Source: an uncultured Armatimonadetes bacterium (lineage in GTDB: Bacteria > Armatimonadota > Hebobacteria > Hebobacterales > Hebobacteraceae). From it: a DNA stretch of 64,000 nucleotides. This document shows positions 56,631 through 64,000 of this stretch, piece after piece; position 1 is the first letter of the stretch, and each line of letters starts with the position of its first letter. The position numbers and the translations under genes are program-made. The stretch spans positions 4,320,001 to 4,384,000 of the forward strand of contig OY970296.1 of NCBI GenBank assembly GCA_963716175.1, given 5' to 3'. The notes under the pieces are model-generated. The model saw nothing but the letters and a program-made list of their open reading frames with translations, was not told the origin of the DNA and did not search any database.

Positions 56631-58280
56631 CTACCGCCAGCCGAGCGCGGTCAGCACCTTCCCCCAGCGCGCTTCCGTGGCCGCATCGTTGCACACCGGC
56701 TCGAAGCCCAGCTTCAGGTAGGTCTTGATGGCGGCGAGGCGCCAGTCATCGGTCAGCAGATAGACGCACTGGTATCCCGCTCTGACGTAGCGATCGAGCG
56801 CGGCGGAGCAGACTGCCAACCCGAGGCCCCTTCCTGCGTGGTCGGGGTCGCCTGCCACCCAGCAGAGCTCGCCGCCGAAAGGGTAGCGAGGGGTCGGATT
56901 GTGTGTGGCCATGGCAGTCGCCACCAGAGTGCCAGTGGCAAGGTGCTCGACAACGAAGAAGCCCCCGGGGAGGATGCTCGATAGCATCCGTTCGAGCTGC
57001 GCCTCATCCCAGTGATCGAAGCCGGCCCGGTGCATCAATGCCAGGTACTTCTGCCTGTCCTCAGGCCGGTACTGCCGCAGGTCGTAGCCAGGCGGCAGCT
57101 TCGGACTCGGTGGGCTGGCCAGCAGACGCTGCGGCCACACCATCTGCAATTGCTCCCGCGGCTCCTCCTCGCTCCAGGTGCGGGAATCCGGCACGGACAG
57201 CCATCTGCCTCCCCTCGCAATGGACTCCTGCGACACCAGCCCGGGCAGCGTCATGTCCATCGCTTCGTGGATCCCGACCGGCGACGGGATCTCCCCCCGG
57301 ATAGCTCTGACGAAGTCCAGCACCTCGAAGTAGTCGCCGCCCCAGTGGCCGGTCGCCAGCACCTCCGGACTGGGGTTCAGCCAGCTATCGGGCAGGTACT
57401 GGGCGGCGAGGGTATCCGGGTCGTGCCACTCGATCTCACGGCTCAGCGTGCGCAGCCAAATCCTGTCGGCATCAACGGGGCCGCCCCGGCTCGATTCGTA
57501 GGCGCCATCTGTGCCCTGCAACTGGTAGTTCGTCATGGCGTGGGGACGGTCCGAGACCATATCCACGCGAATCTTCACCAGCGCCCCAGTGCGCATCTTG
57601 CACAACATAACGGAGGTATCCTGATGGTAGTACTCGCGGCGTGGGTCCTGGTAGTGACGGCCGCTCCCCTCGCAGCAGACGCGCTCCACCCGGTCGCCCT
57701 GCATCCACTGCAAGATGGGGCCGAGGCTGTGCGTGCCGTAGGTGATGCCGTCTATGCCGGTCTGCCACCTGCGGCGCCAGGGCGTGTCCTCATTGAGCTG
57801 CTTCAGCTCGTGCAGGTATTCCCCCTCGGCATAGTAGAGCGTTCCGAAAAGCCCCCGCCGCACCAACTCCCTGATGAGGACGTTGTTCCGCGTATAGGTG
57901 TAGTTCTCGGCCATCATGTAGACGGCCCGAGACTGGCGGGCCGCCGCCACCAGGCGGCGGCACTCCTCCACGCTCACGCCGGCGGGCACTTCGCAGAGCA
58001 CGTGAATGCCGCGCTCCAGCGCCAGGATGGACTGCGGGACGTGGAACTGCATGGGCGTGTTGATCACGACCGCATCGAGGCGCGACTGGTCCAACATGGT
58101 GGCGCAGTCGGTGAACTTCTCCGAGGCCCCGAGCACTTCGGCGGCTTCGTCGAGGTTCTCCTCGTTGGTATCACAGACGGCCGCTATCCTCGCCCCGTTT
58201 GCACGCAACGCGGAGCGGAAGGAGCGGCCGCGCCCGCCGGCGCCCACGACTCCTACCTTGATGGCTTCAGGTCCAGGCAT
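56631..58280 (-). CDS. Gfo/Idh/MocA oxidoreductase fused to a C-terminal GNAT acetyltransferase
   Basis: VGVVGAGGRG, HVLCEVP, YMMAENY; C-terminal VAGDPDHAGRGLG..AAIKTYLKLGF. Confidence 0.85.
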   Translation of the reverse strand: MPGPEAIKVGVVGAGGRGRSFRSALRANGARIAAVCDTNEENLDEAAEVLGASEKFTDCATMLDQSRLDAVVINTPMQFHVPQSILALERGIHVLCEVPAGVSVEECRRLVAAARQSRAVYMMAENYTYTRNNVLIRELVRRGLFGTLYYAEGEYLHELKQLNEDTPWRRRWQTGIDGITYGTHSLGPILQWMQGDRVERVCCEGSGRHYQDPRREYYHQDTSVMLCKMRTGALVKIRVDMVSDRPHAMTNYQLQGTDGAYESSRGGPVDADRIWLRTLSREIEWHDPDTLAAQYLPDSWLNPSPEVLATGHWGGDYFEVLDFVRAIRGEIPSPVGIHEAMDMTLPGLVSQESIARGGRWLSVPDSRTWSEEEPREQLQMVWPQRLLASPPSPKLPPGYDLRQYRPEDRQKYLALMHRAGFDHWDEAQLERMLSSILPGGFFVVEHLATGTLVATAMATHNPTPRYPFGGELCWVAGDPDHAGRGLGLAVCSAALDRYVRAGYQCVYLLTDDWRLAAIKTYLKLGFEPVCNDAATEARWGKVLTALGWR

Positions 58281-58374
58281 TCACAGCTCCTCTACGGCAG
58301 GAGACAAGTCGCCTGAGGCGACTCAAGCTCCTGCCCTACATGGATTTCTCCGAAGGCGGGGGCGCTGTCCGATA

Positions 58375-59754
58375 TCACACCCTGCAAAACTCAGAGCCGA
58401 TGGCCTGAGCGAAGCGCTCGATCTGCGAGGCGACGTGGCCCCGACAGAGCGCAAGATGGTGGCTGCCGCCGGCCTCGCTGTAGGCGGTCAGGAACTCCGG
58501 CAGGGGCTGCGGCGGCTTGAACTTGTAGTGCGGCGCTGCCAACGCGGGGTAGAGGGGGGAAGGCGAGATCTCCCCTTCACACACCACCCAACGCAGGCGC
58601 CCTGCGGGGCCGACGGTGAGGCTGGCCAGCGTCACCGGGCCGGGCTCCGACTCGAACAGCAGTACGCCCGGCATGGCGCCCGCTCCCACCAGCGAGGCCG
58701 TAGCCACGAGTCTCGGACGGCCGCGGGCGAACTGCGGGTTCGCCTCACCCATGTGGCTCATGAGCACTTCGTCACGCTTCCAGTCCGGGCAGAACATCTC
58801 TGTGAATCCCGCGCATCCAGTGAGCGCATGGAGTGCGGTCACGGCGCTAGCGGCCAACGCATCGGCCTCGCCCCCGTAGCCCACGCCCTCCGCCATCAGC
58901 CGCGACACGCCCGCAAACGGCATCACAGGGCCTGGCGGCAGGTGATCGAAGATCAGGAACGAGAATGCGACGGCGCCGAGCCGGTGGTCAGACACGATCC
59001 TCCGGACGGCACGCTCCGCTCGCGCGGTGGCGCGGAGATCCTCCGCGCCAATCCGCCCGGTGTCGTACAGGCGCCTATACTCTTCTGTCAGAGGCTCGAT
59101 CTCCGGATCGGCCACCGCTTCCCAGGCGGCGGCGAATTCGCCGGGCGCGAGGTCAACCACTTCCGGCCCGGAACGCAGCAGCGCGGTGGTGTCCACGGCC
59201 AGGTCTCCCATGCCTGGAAACACCGACCCCACACGGCCCACGCGGAGCGCGCGCCACAGCCTCGCCGCGCTGGCGGCGGCCGCGCACTCCGCTACCTTCG
59301 ATCCGACAGCAGCGTCCTCCAGCAGGCCGCTCACTATCCAATGTGCCTTCCCCACGCGCAGCAATACGTTCGCCAGATCCTGCACGCCGTGGATGGCGTG
59401 GTTCTCGAGGTAGTCACTCGCACTGATATCCGGCCCCATGTCCACGCGCGGGGTAGTGTTGAGCAGCAAGATCGGCAGGCGGGTCCGGAGGAGTGCTGGG
59501 AGCGCAATCCAGCTTGGCGTGTAAGAGAGCAGGAGCACGATCAGGAGGTCGGCACCCTCTGACTCGGCCTGCGCGAGCGCAGCGTCAACGGAGCTGCGAT
59601 TGGCGCAGATCCCCGGATTGTGGACGGCGCCGTGCCGCTGCAGGAAGGCCGCTACTCGCTGCAAGAAAACCTCCTGCGCCGGCCTCAGGCCGGGGCGCCA
59701 AACGTCGTATTGCTCCATCAGCAGCGGAAGCAGAGCGATGCTGGCGTTAGCCAC
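58375..59754 (-). CDS. L-arabinose/L-fucose isomerase family protein
   Basis: LLSYTPS; NHAIHGVQD; GYGGEAD; FTEM; SHMGEAN; GGSHH. Confidence 0.8.
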   Translation of the reverse strand: MANASIALLPLLMEQYDVWRPGLRPAQEVFLQRVAAFLQRHGAVHNPGICANRSSVDAALAQAESEGADLLIVLLLSYTPSWIALPALLRTRLPILLLNTTPRVDMGPDISASDYLENHAIHGVQDLANVLLRVGKAHWIVSGLLEDAAVGSKVAECAAAASAARLWRALRVGRVGSVFPGMGDLAVDTTALLRSGPEVVDLAPGEFAAAWEAVADPEIEPLTEEYRRLYDTGRIGAEDLRATARAERAVRRIVSDHRLGAVAFSFLIFDHLPPGPVMPFAGVSRLMAEGVGYGGEADALAASAVTALHALTGCAGFTEMFCPDWKRDEVLMSHMGEANPQFARGRPRLVATASLVGAGAMPGVLLFESEPGPVTLASLTVGPAGRLRWVVCEGEISPSPLYPALAAPHYKFKPPQPLPEFLTAYSEAGGSHHLALCRGHVASQIERFAQAIGSEFCRV

Positions 59755-60766
59755 GGCCTCCCTCCTGAACCGATGCAATAAGCCTCTGGGCATTGTCCCA
59801 GAAGATGGCGCTGATCTCCGCTGGTTTGAGGCCGGCCGCATCTGCTCCCTTGAGCAAAGCCCGTACGATCTCGTAGGCGAAGAGCGTACAACGCACTTCG
59901 TACGCCCCGGGCTCGACGTGTATACTCCAGCGGTGCGGGCGAGCCGTGAAGAAGTGGCGCTGGCCGTTCACCGAGATCAGCTTGCCCTTCTCCTGCGCGA
60001 TAGGGAGGTCCAGGCCGAAGAGGACGCGATCCCGCGGGAACGTGGAAAGCGCGCGGGCCATCACCTCCCAGTCCTGCACCATCGAGCAATCGGCCCACAG
60101 GTTCGGGATGGTGCAAACCGCGTCGAAGTACTTCATCGCCTCCAGGAAGTAGCTGCGACCGAGATGCGCCAGGACGAAGCGCGCATGCGGCGCCGCCGAA
60201 CAGACCCGGTGAAGCCCCTCGACATTGCTCGCATCGGCCAGGCGGCCCGTTCGGGGAATGTGGGTCATGACGATGAGCGCGTGCCGGTCAGCCACGCGAA
60301 GCATGGCCGGCGAGATCATGTCTGTCAGCTCGACGCTGTCGAGCGAATCGCCCGCGAGATACCAATACGGTTTGAAGCCGACATGCCCGAATCCCACCTG
60401 ACGCTCGAGTGTTTGCTCATCCCACCGTGGGGGTGCAAAGGCGAGCGTCCGGTAGCCCAACGCCGCCCCTTCTCTGGCCAGCCGCTCCCCCTGGCGCTGG
60501 AAGTCCGTGTGCCGGTCGCCAGCGCCGAACACCAGGCCCCCGACCTTCCTGCCGGGGAAGAGGCTCTGGTGGACGCTCTGCAGCGTCGGCATCGGGTATT
60601 CTTCGACCACGGACGGCGTCGAAGGATCGCTGCTCTCCTGAGACCGATGCTCAACTGCCAGCCAGGAATGGGCGTGCGCGTCGTAGATGCGATCGGGGAG
60701 GCGAGGTGAAAGCTCCTCCTCCCATACCTTCCGGTCTATCTCGTCATAGACGAAGGACTCTGTCAT
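59747..60766 (-). CDS. Amidohydrolase family protein (Amidohydro_2-like)
   Basis: IYDAHAH; GFKPY; MTHIP; VLAHLGR; VLFGLDLP; IFWDNA. Confidence 0.85.
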   Translation of the reverse strand: MTESFVYDEIDRKVWEEELSPRLPDRIYDAHAHSWLAVEHRSQESSDPSTPSVVEEYPMPTLQSVHQSLFPGRKVGGLVFGAGDRHTDFQRQGERLAREGAALGYRTLAFAPPRWDEQTLERQVGFGHVGFKPYWYLAGDSLDSVELTDMISPAMLRVADRHALIVMTHIPRTGRLADASNVEGLHRVCSAAPHARFVLAHLGRSYFLEAMKYFDAVCTIPNLWADCSMVQDWEVMARALSTFPRDRVLFGLDLPIAQEKGKLISVNGQRHFFTARPHRWSIHVEPGAYEVRCTLFAYEIVRALLKGADAAGLKPAEISAIFWDNAQRLIASVQEGGRG

Positions 60767-62259
60767 GAGCTATCCAGCCCCCCATCCTCCAGTCGGCCCA
60801 CCGCCTTAGTGTATGTCTCATACTGCTCTCGGTAAACCTCGCACCACTCTGCAACCGGCCCGCGTTCGGTCCACTCCGCTGCGGCCGGAAGATCGGTCTC
60901 GCCCAGCGCGCGGCGCGCCAGACAGGCTGCGCCGCGAACGGCGATATCTCCTCCGGAGTAGACCGACACGGACACCTCCAGCACCGAGGCCACAATGTCC
61001 GCCCACAAGGGGCTGCGGGCCGCGCCCCCAACCATGCGCAGCGCGCTCATGTCGGCTCCGTGTTCAGCCAGATAGCCGCAGGCCACCTTGACGTCCAGGA
61101 CAACCCCCTCCATCGCGGCCCGCCAGAGATGCTCCCGCCTGTGCCCAAGCGACCAACCCAGCAGCGCGCCTCGCGCTCCGGGGTCGGAGGTGGGCAGTGT
61201 CCGCCCCGTCAAATGGGGGATCATCATCAGACCGTCACTGCCCGCGGGAATCTGCCCCGCCCCGGCATTGATCTGAGCCCAATCCCGCGGTTGCCCGGTG
61301 ACATCCAGGGCCATATCCAGTGTCGAGCCGCCGCTCGAGATCGCCCCCATCAGCCCCCAGCGGCCATTCTGCACGTGCCGGCCGGGCCAAAAGGAGCTCT
61401 TCCGGTCAACGATAGGCCTCTCGCTCGTCATTAGCAGCGCCCAGGCAGTGCCGGCCGACAGCAGCAGATCGCCCGGGTTCACGCATCCCGCGCCAAGCGC
61501 GGCGGCATACTGGTCGTGCGCGGGCGTAGCTACCGGTATGCCCTCCGTCAGCCCCAGGGCGCGCGCGGCCGCTGGCTGGAGCAGCCCTGCCACCTCCCCT
61601 GCCCTGCGGGCCTGCCCTGAGCCAAGCCGAAGGGTCCGGGCGAACGCCTCCCGCGGCACGCCGATGCTGGTCAGGACCGGGAGAGCGACATCGCCGTCTG
61701 AGAGGCCATGCAGATTCGAGATGCCGAGATTGGTGGAATCGCTGACCCACTCACCGGCAAGCCGAAAGGTCAGATAGTCCGGCACGAAGGCCACGCGATA
61801 CGGGAGCGCGAACCAATCCGGCCGGTGGGCCTTCATCCAGCTCAACCCCGCAGGCGTCATGCTGCGCCGCGATACGCCCGTAACCTGGAAATGCTCCTCC
61901 CGCAGCTTCGGACTATCCACTTCAGGCCTGCTCAGCCGCCCGTCGCTCCACACCAGGGCGGGGCCGCGGGGCGTACCTTGCTGGTCGAAGATGGCAAACG
62001 TGCCGCCCTGGGTGGAGACCCCGATCCCGGCTATCCGCTCGCCAGGCACGCCAGCGCGGGCCAGCGCGTCGGCCGTGGCGCGACACAGGCCATCCCACCA
62101 ATCGTTCGGATCCTGCTCCACCCAGCCGGGTCGAGGTGAGACCACGACCTGCGGCGCCTCGCCGCGGCCCAGGCAGGAGCCGTCGGGCGCGTAGATGGCA
62201 GCCTTCACCAGTGTGGTGCCGACATCCACCCCCAGCACCAACTCATCGCCGGGCGGCAT
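60763..62259 (-). CDS. FGGY-family carbohydrate kinase (xylulokinase-like) carrying a 24-bp in-frame palindromic insert
   Basis: LGVDVGTT..KA; GWVEQDP; STQGG; WSDGR; HDQYAA; RAAMEGV; VGGAARS. Confidence 0.9.
   Translation of the reverse strand: MPPGDELVLGVDVGTTLVKAAIYAPDGSCLGRGEAPQVVVSPRPGWVEQDPNDWWDGLCRATADALARAGVPGERIAGIGVSTQGGTFAIFDQQGTPRGPALVWSDGRLSRPEVDSPKLREEHFQVTGVSRRSMTPAGLSWMKAHRPDWFALPYRVAFVPDYLTFRLAGEWVSDSTNLGISNLHGLSDGDVALPVLTSIGVPREAFARTLRLGSGQARRAGEVAGLLQPAAARALGLTEGIPVATPAHDQYAAALGAGCVNPGDLLLSAGTAWALLMTSERPIVDRKSSFWPGRHVQNGRWGLMGAISSGGSTLDMALDVTGQPRDWAQINAGAGQIPAGSDGLMMIPHLTGRTLPTSDPGARGALLGWSLGHRREHLWRAAMEGVVLDVKVACGYLAEHGADMSALRMVGGAARSPLWADIVASVLEVSVSVYSGGDIAVRGAACLARRALGETDLPAAAEWTERGPVAEWCEVYREQYETYTKAVGRLEDGGLDSS
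61611..61634. repeat. Intragenic short repeat cctgccctgagccaagccgaaggg (degenerate intergenic copies at 30828-30850 and 37716-37740)
   Basis: Encodes about TLRLGSGQ inside the kinase; related intergenic copies occur in the window. Confidence 0.6.
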
Positions 62260-63358
62260 GCTCGTAGGCCTCGGCCATCAGGTACTGCAGCTTCACCCCG
62301 ACCCCCAGGTCTGGCTCCGCCGGTTCGCCCCGCGCCGCCGCCGACAGGAAGTTGTGGAGACACGCGGCATGCCCGCGCAGCCAACCGACGGACGCCTTTG
62401 GCGGCGGGAACACCGCGGGCGGCGGATAGGCTTGCACGGTCTCGATCGCTCTCCAGCCCCGCTCCGCGGCCGGCAACGTCTGATCGTAGGCCCAGAGATA
62501 GTCCGGCTGCATGAGGTTGAACCGCAGGGCGCCCCGGCTGCCGTTGATCTCGAAGCGCAGCTCATCCACTGCGCCGGCGGCGATCTTCGAGGCCTCGACA
62601 TGACCCAGCGCGCCGTTTGGCGCACGGACGGTCACAAGCACCGCGTCCTCGGTGGTCACGGGCACGGCCCGGGTCGGATCATCTGGCGCCGGGCGCTCGG
62701 GGTAAGCGGTATAGGTCGTGCAGTTCACTACTCGCAGCGGCCCTATCAGATACTGAACGAGGTCCAGGGCGTGAGAGCCCAGATCCAGCAAAACGCCACC
62801 TCCGGCCAGGCCAGCATCCAGCTTCCACTTCAGCGGCGCCTTCGGGTCAACGCTGCCGGAATGAAGGTAGGCGGAGCGCAGGGAGAGGAGGTCCCCGAGA
62901 AAGCCCGCGTCCACCATCTGCTTGGCGCGCATGGTGGCGGGGAAGAAGCGATTGTGCAGCACCATCTGGTGGGTGACGCGCGCCCCCGGCAGCACCGCCT
63001 CGATCTCCTGCGCCTCCTCCCGATTTCTGCAGAGCGGCTTATCGCAGTAGACGTGTTTGCCAGCCGCCAGCGCGGCGAGGACCTGCTCTTTGTGATATCG
63101 GTTGGGAGTGCAGACGTGGACGATGTGGATATCCGGCCGCGCGACCAGCTCTCGCCAGTCGGCGGTGGCGAATTCGAACCCGAATGCGTTCCGCGCGGCC
63201 TCGGCCGTCTCCGGCCGCGAGGTGGCGACACCGACCAGCCGCGTCCGGCACGGAATGGGATCGTAGAACAACGGTAGGTTGACGTGGCCGTAGGCATGAG
63301 TGCGGCCCATGAACCCGAAACCGATGATGCCGACGCCAAAGAGTTGCATCGTGGTCAC
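62243..63358 (-). CDS. Gfo/Idh/MocA family oxidoreductase
   Basis: GIIGFGFMG; VCTPNRYH; KHVYCDKP; GGGVLLDLGSH. Confidence 0.9.
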   Translation of the reverse strand: MTTMQLFGVGIIGFGFMGRTHAYGHVNLPLFYDPIPCRTRLVGVATSRPETAEAARNAFGFEFATADWRELVARPDIHIVHVCTPNRYHKEQVLAALAAGKHVYCDKPLCRNREEAQEIEAVLPGARVTHQMVLHNRFFPATMRAKQMVDAGFLGDLLSLRSAYLHSGSVDPKAPLKWKLDAGLAGGGVLLDLGSHALDLVQYLIGPLRVVNCTTYTAYPERPAPDDPTRAVPVTTEDAVLVTVRAPNGALGHVEASKIAAGAVDELRFEINGSRGALRFNLMQPDYLWAYDQTLPAAERGWRAIETVQAYPPPAVFPPPKASVGWLRGHAACLHNFLSAAARGEPAEPDLGVGVKLQYLMAEAYEHAARR

Positions 63359-63399
63359 CTATCACGGCAGCAGCAGCGGCCGTTCCCACCCAACGCTGC

Positions 63400-64000
63400 T
63401 CAGCGATATCCGAACTCTCGTTCCACCTCGGCGATGGACTCCTCGATGATCTCCAGGCCCTTGAGGAGAAGCTGCGGCTCCATGATAATCGGTGGGGACA
63501 TCCGCAGGATGTGACCGGCCGGGATCCATGCCAAGCCCTTCCGGAAGGCCTTCTGGTACACGAGCCGGCCGGCCTCATCGAAAGGCTCCTTCGTGGCGCG
63601 GTCCTTCACCAGCTCAATGCCCAACAGGCAGCCCTTCCCTCGCACATCCCCGATAATGGGATGTCGGGCCTGCATCTCGCGCATGCGCGGCAAGGCCAGC
63701 TCGCCAAGGCGAGTGGCATGCTCCAGAAGGTTCTCCTCCTCGATCACCTGCAGCGACGCCAACGCGGCCGCGCAGGCCATGGGATTGCCGCCATAGGAGG
63801 TGGAGGCGCTGATCCTGTCTATCGCCTCCGCATATGGCTCGCGCACGACCATGGCGGTGACCGGAAAGCCATTCCCGAAGCCCTTGCCGAGGGCGACCAC
63901 GTCCGGCAGCACACCCCAGTGCTCCATACACAGCCACTTGCCGGTCCGGCCGATGCCGGTCAGCACCTCATCCGCCATCAAGAGAAGGCCGCGCTCATCA
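63400..64000 (-). CDS. Class III PLP-dependent aminotransferase (5' part outside the window)
   Basis: ADEVLTGIGRTG; PDVVALGKGFGNG; STSYGGNP; DVRGKG; LRMSPP. Confidence 0.92.
   Translation of the reverse strand, partial: DERGLLLMADEVLTGIGRTGKWLCMEHWGVLPDVVALGKGFGNGFPVTAMVVREPYAEAIDRISASTSYGGNPMACAAALASLQVIEEENLLEHATRLGELALPRMREMQARHPIIGDVRGKGCLLGIELVKDRATKEPFDEAGRLVYQKAFRKGLAWIPAGHILRMSPPIIMEPQLLLKGLEIIEESIAEVEREFGYR

Noticed and set aside
145-63937. Many long antisense or overlapping ORFs (e.g. 3769-5262, 21833-23146, 26141-27514, 58006-59562, 62195-63277)
   Set aside because: Arg/Pro/Gly-rich shadow frames of recognisable genes, expected at high GC; no family motifs

Overview
High-GC (about two-thirds G+C by eye) bacterial accessory and catabolic region. 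I found no rRNA, tRNA, CRISPR array, integrase or transposase. The gene content suggests Armatimonadota, which is inference only. It includes four prepilin/DUF1559/H-X9-DG proteins, three DUF6785/DUF6784-type polytopic membrane proteins and two triple-SLH surface proteins. Main blocks: (1) A repeated cassette of prepilin-like H-X9-DG protein, DUF6785/6784 permease-like protein and AraC regulator sits among glycan-active enzymes (GH4, PL11-like, YetA/PcRGLX-like, heparinase II/III-like, GH141-like beta-helix, sulfatase-like, GH5-like). This is my best candidate for an undescribed PUL-analogous uptake system, and two of the prepilin-like genes share a promoter motif. (2) An apparently complete gas vesicle operon (17.5-26.0 kb) carries extra CDC48, Hsp20 and DnaJ-type zinc-finger genes, a GvpA/J-GvpK fusion and a terminator-like hairpin in its 5' leader. 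(3) A putative amino-sugar/keto-sugar catabolic operon occupies the right end. Other elements are a membrane-anchored stand-alone MshEN c-di-GMP receptor, an internally deleted S53 protease pseudogene, two genes broken by single-base insertions, and several families of small palindromic repeats. One repeat family keeps its loop sequence and geometry while its stems co-vary. All family calls come from motif recognition by eye, not from database searches.
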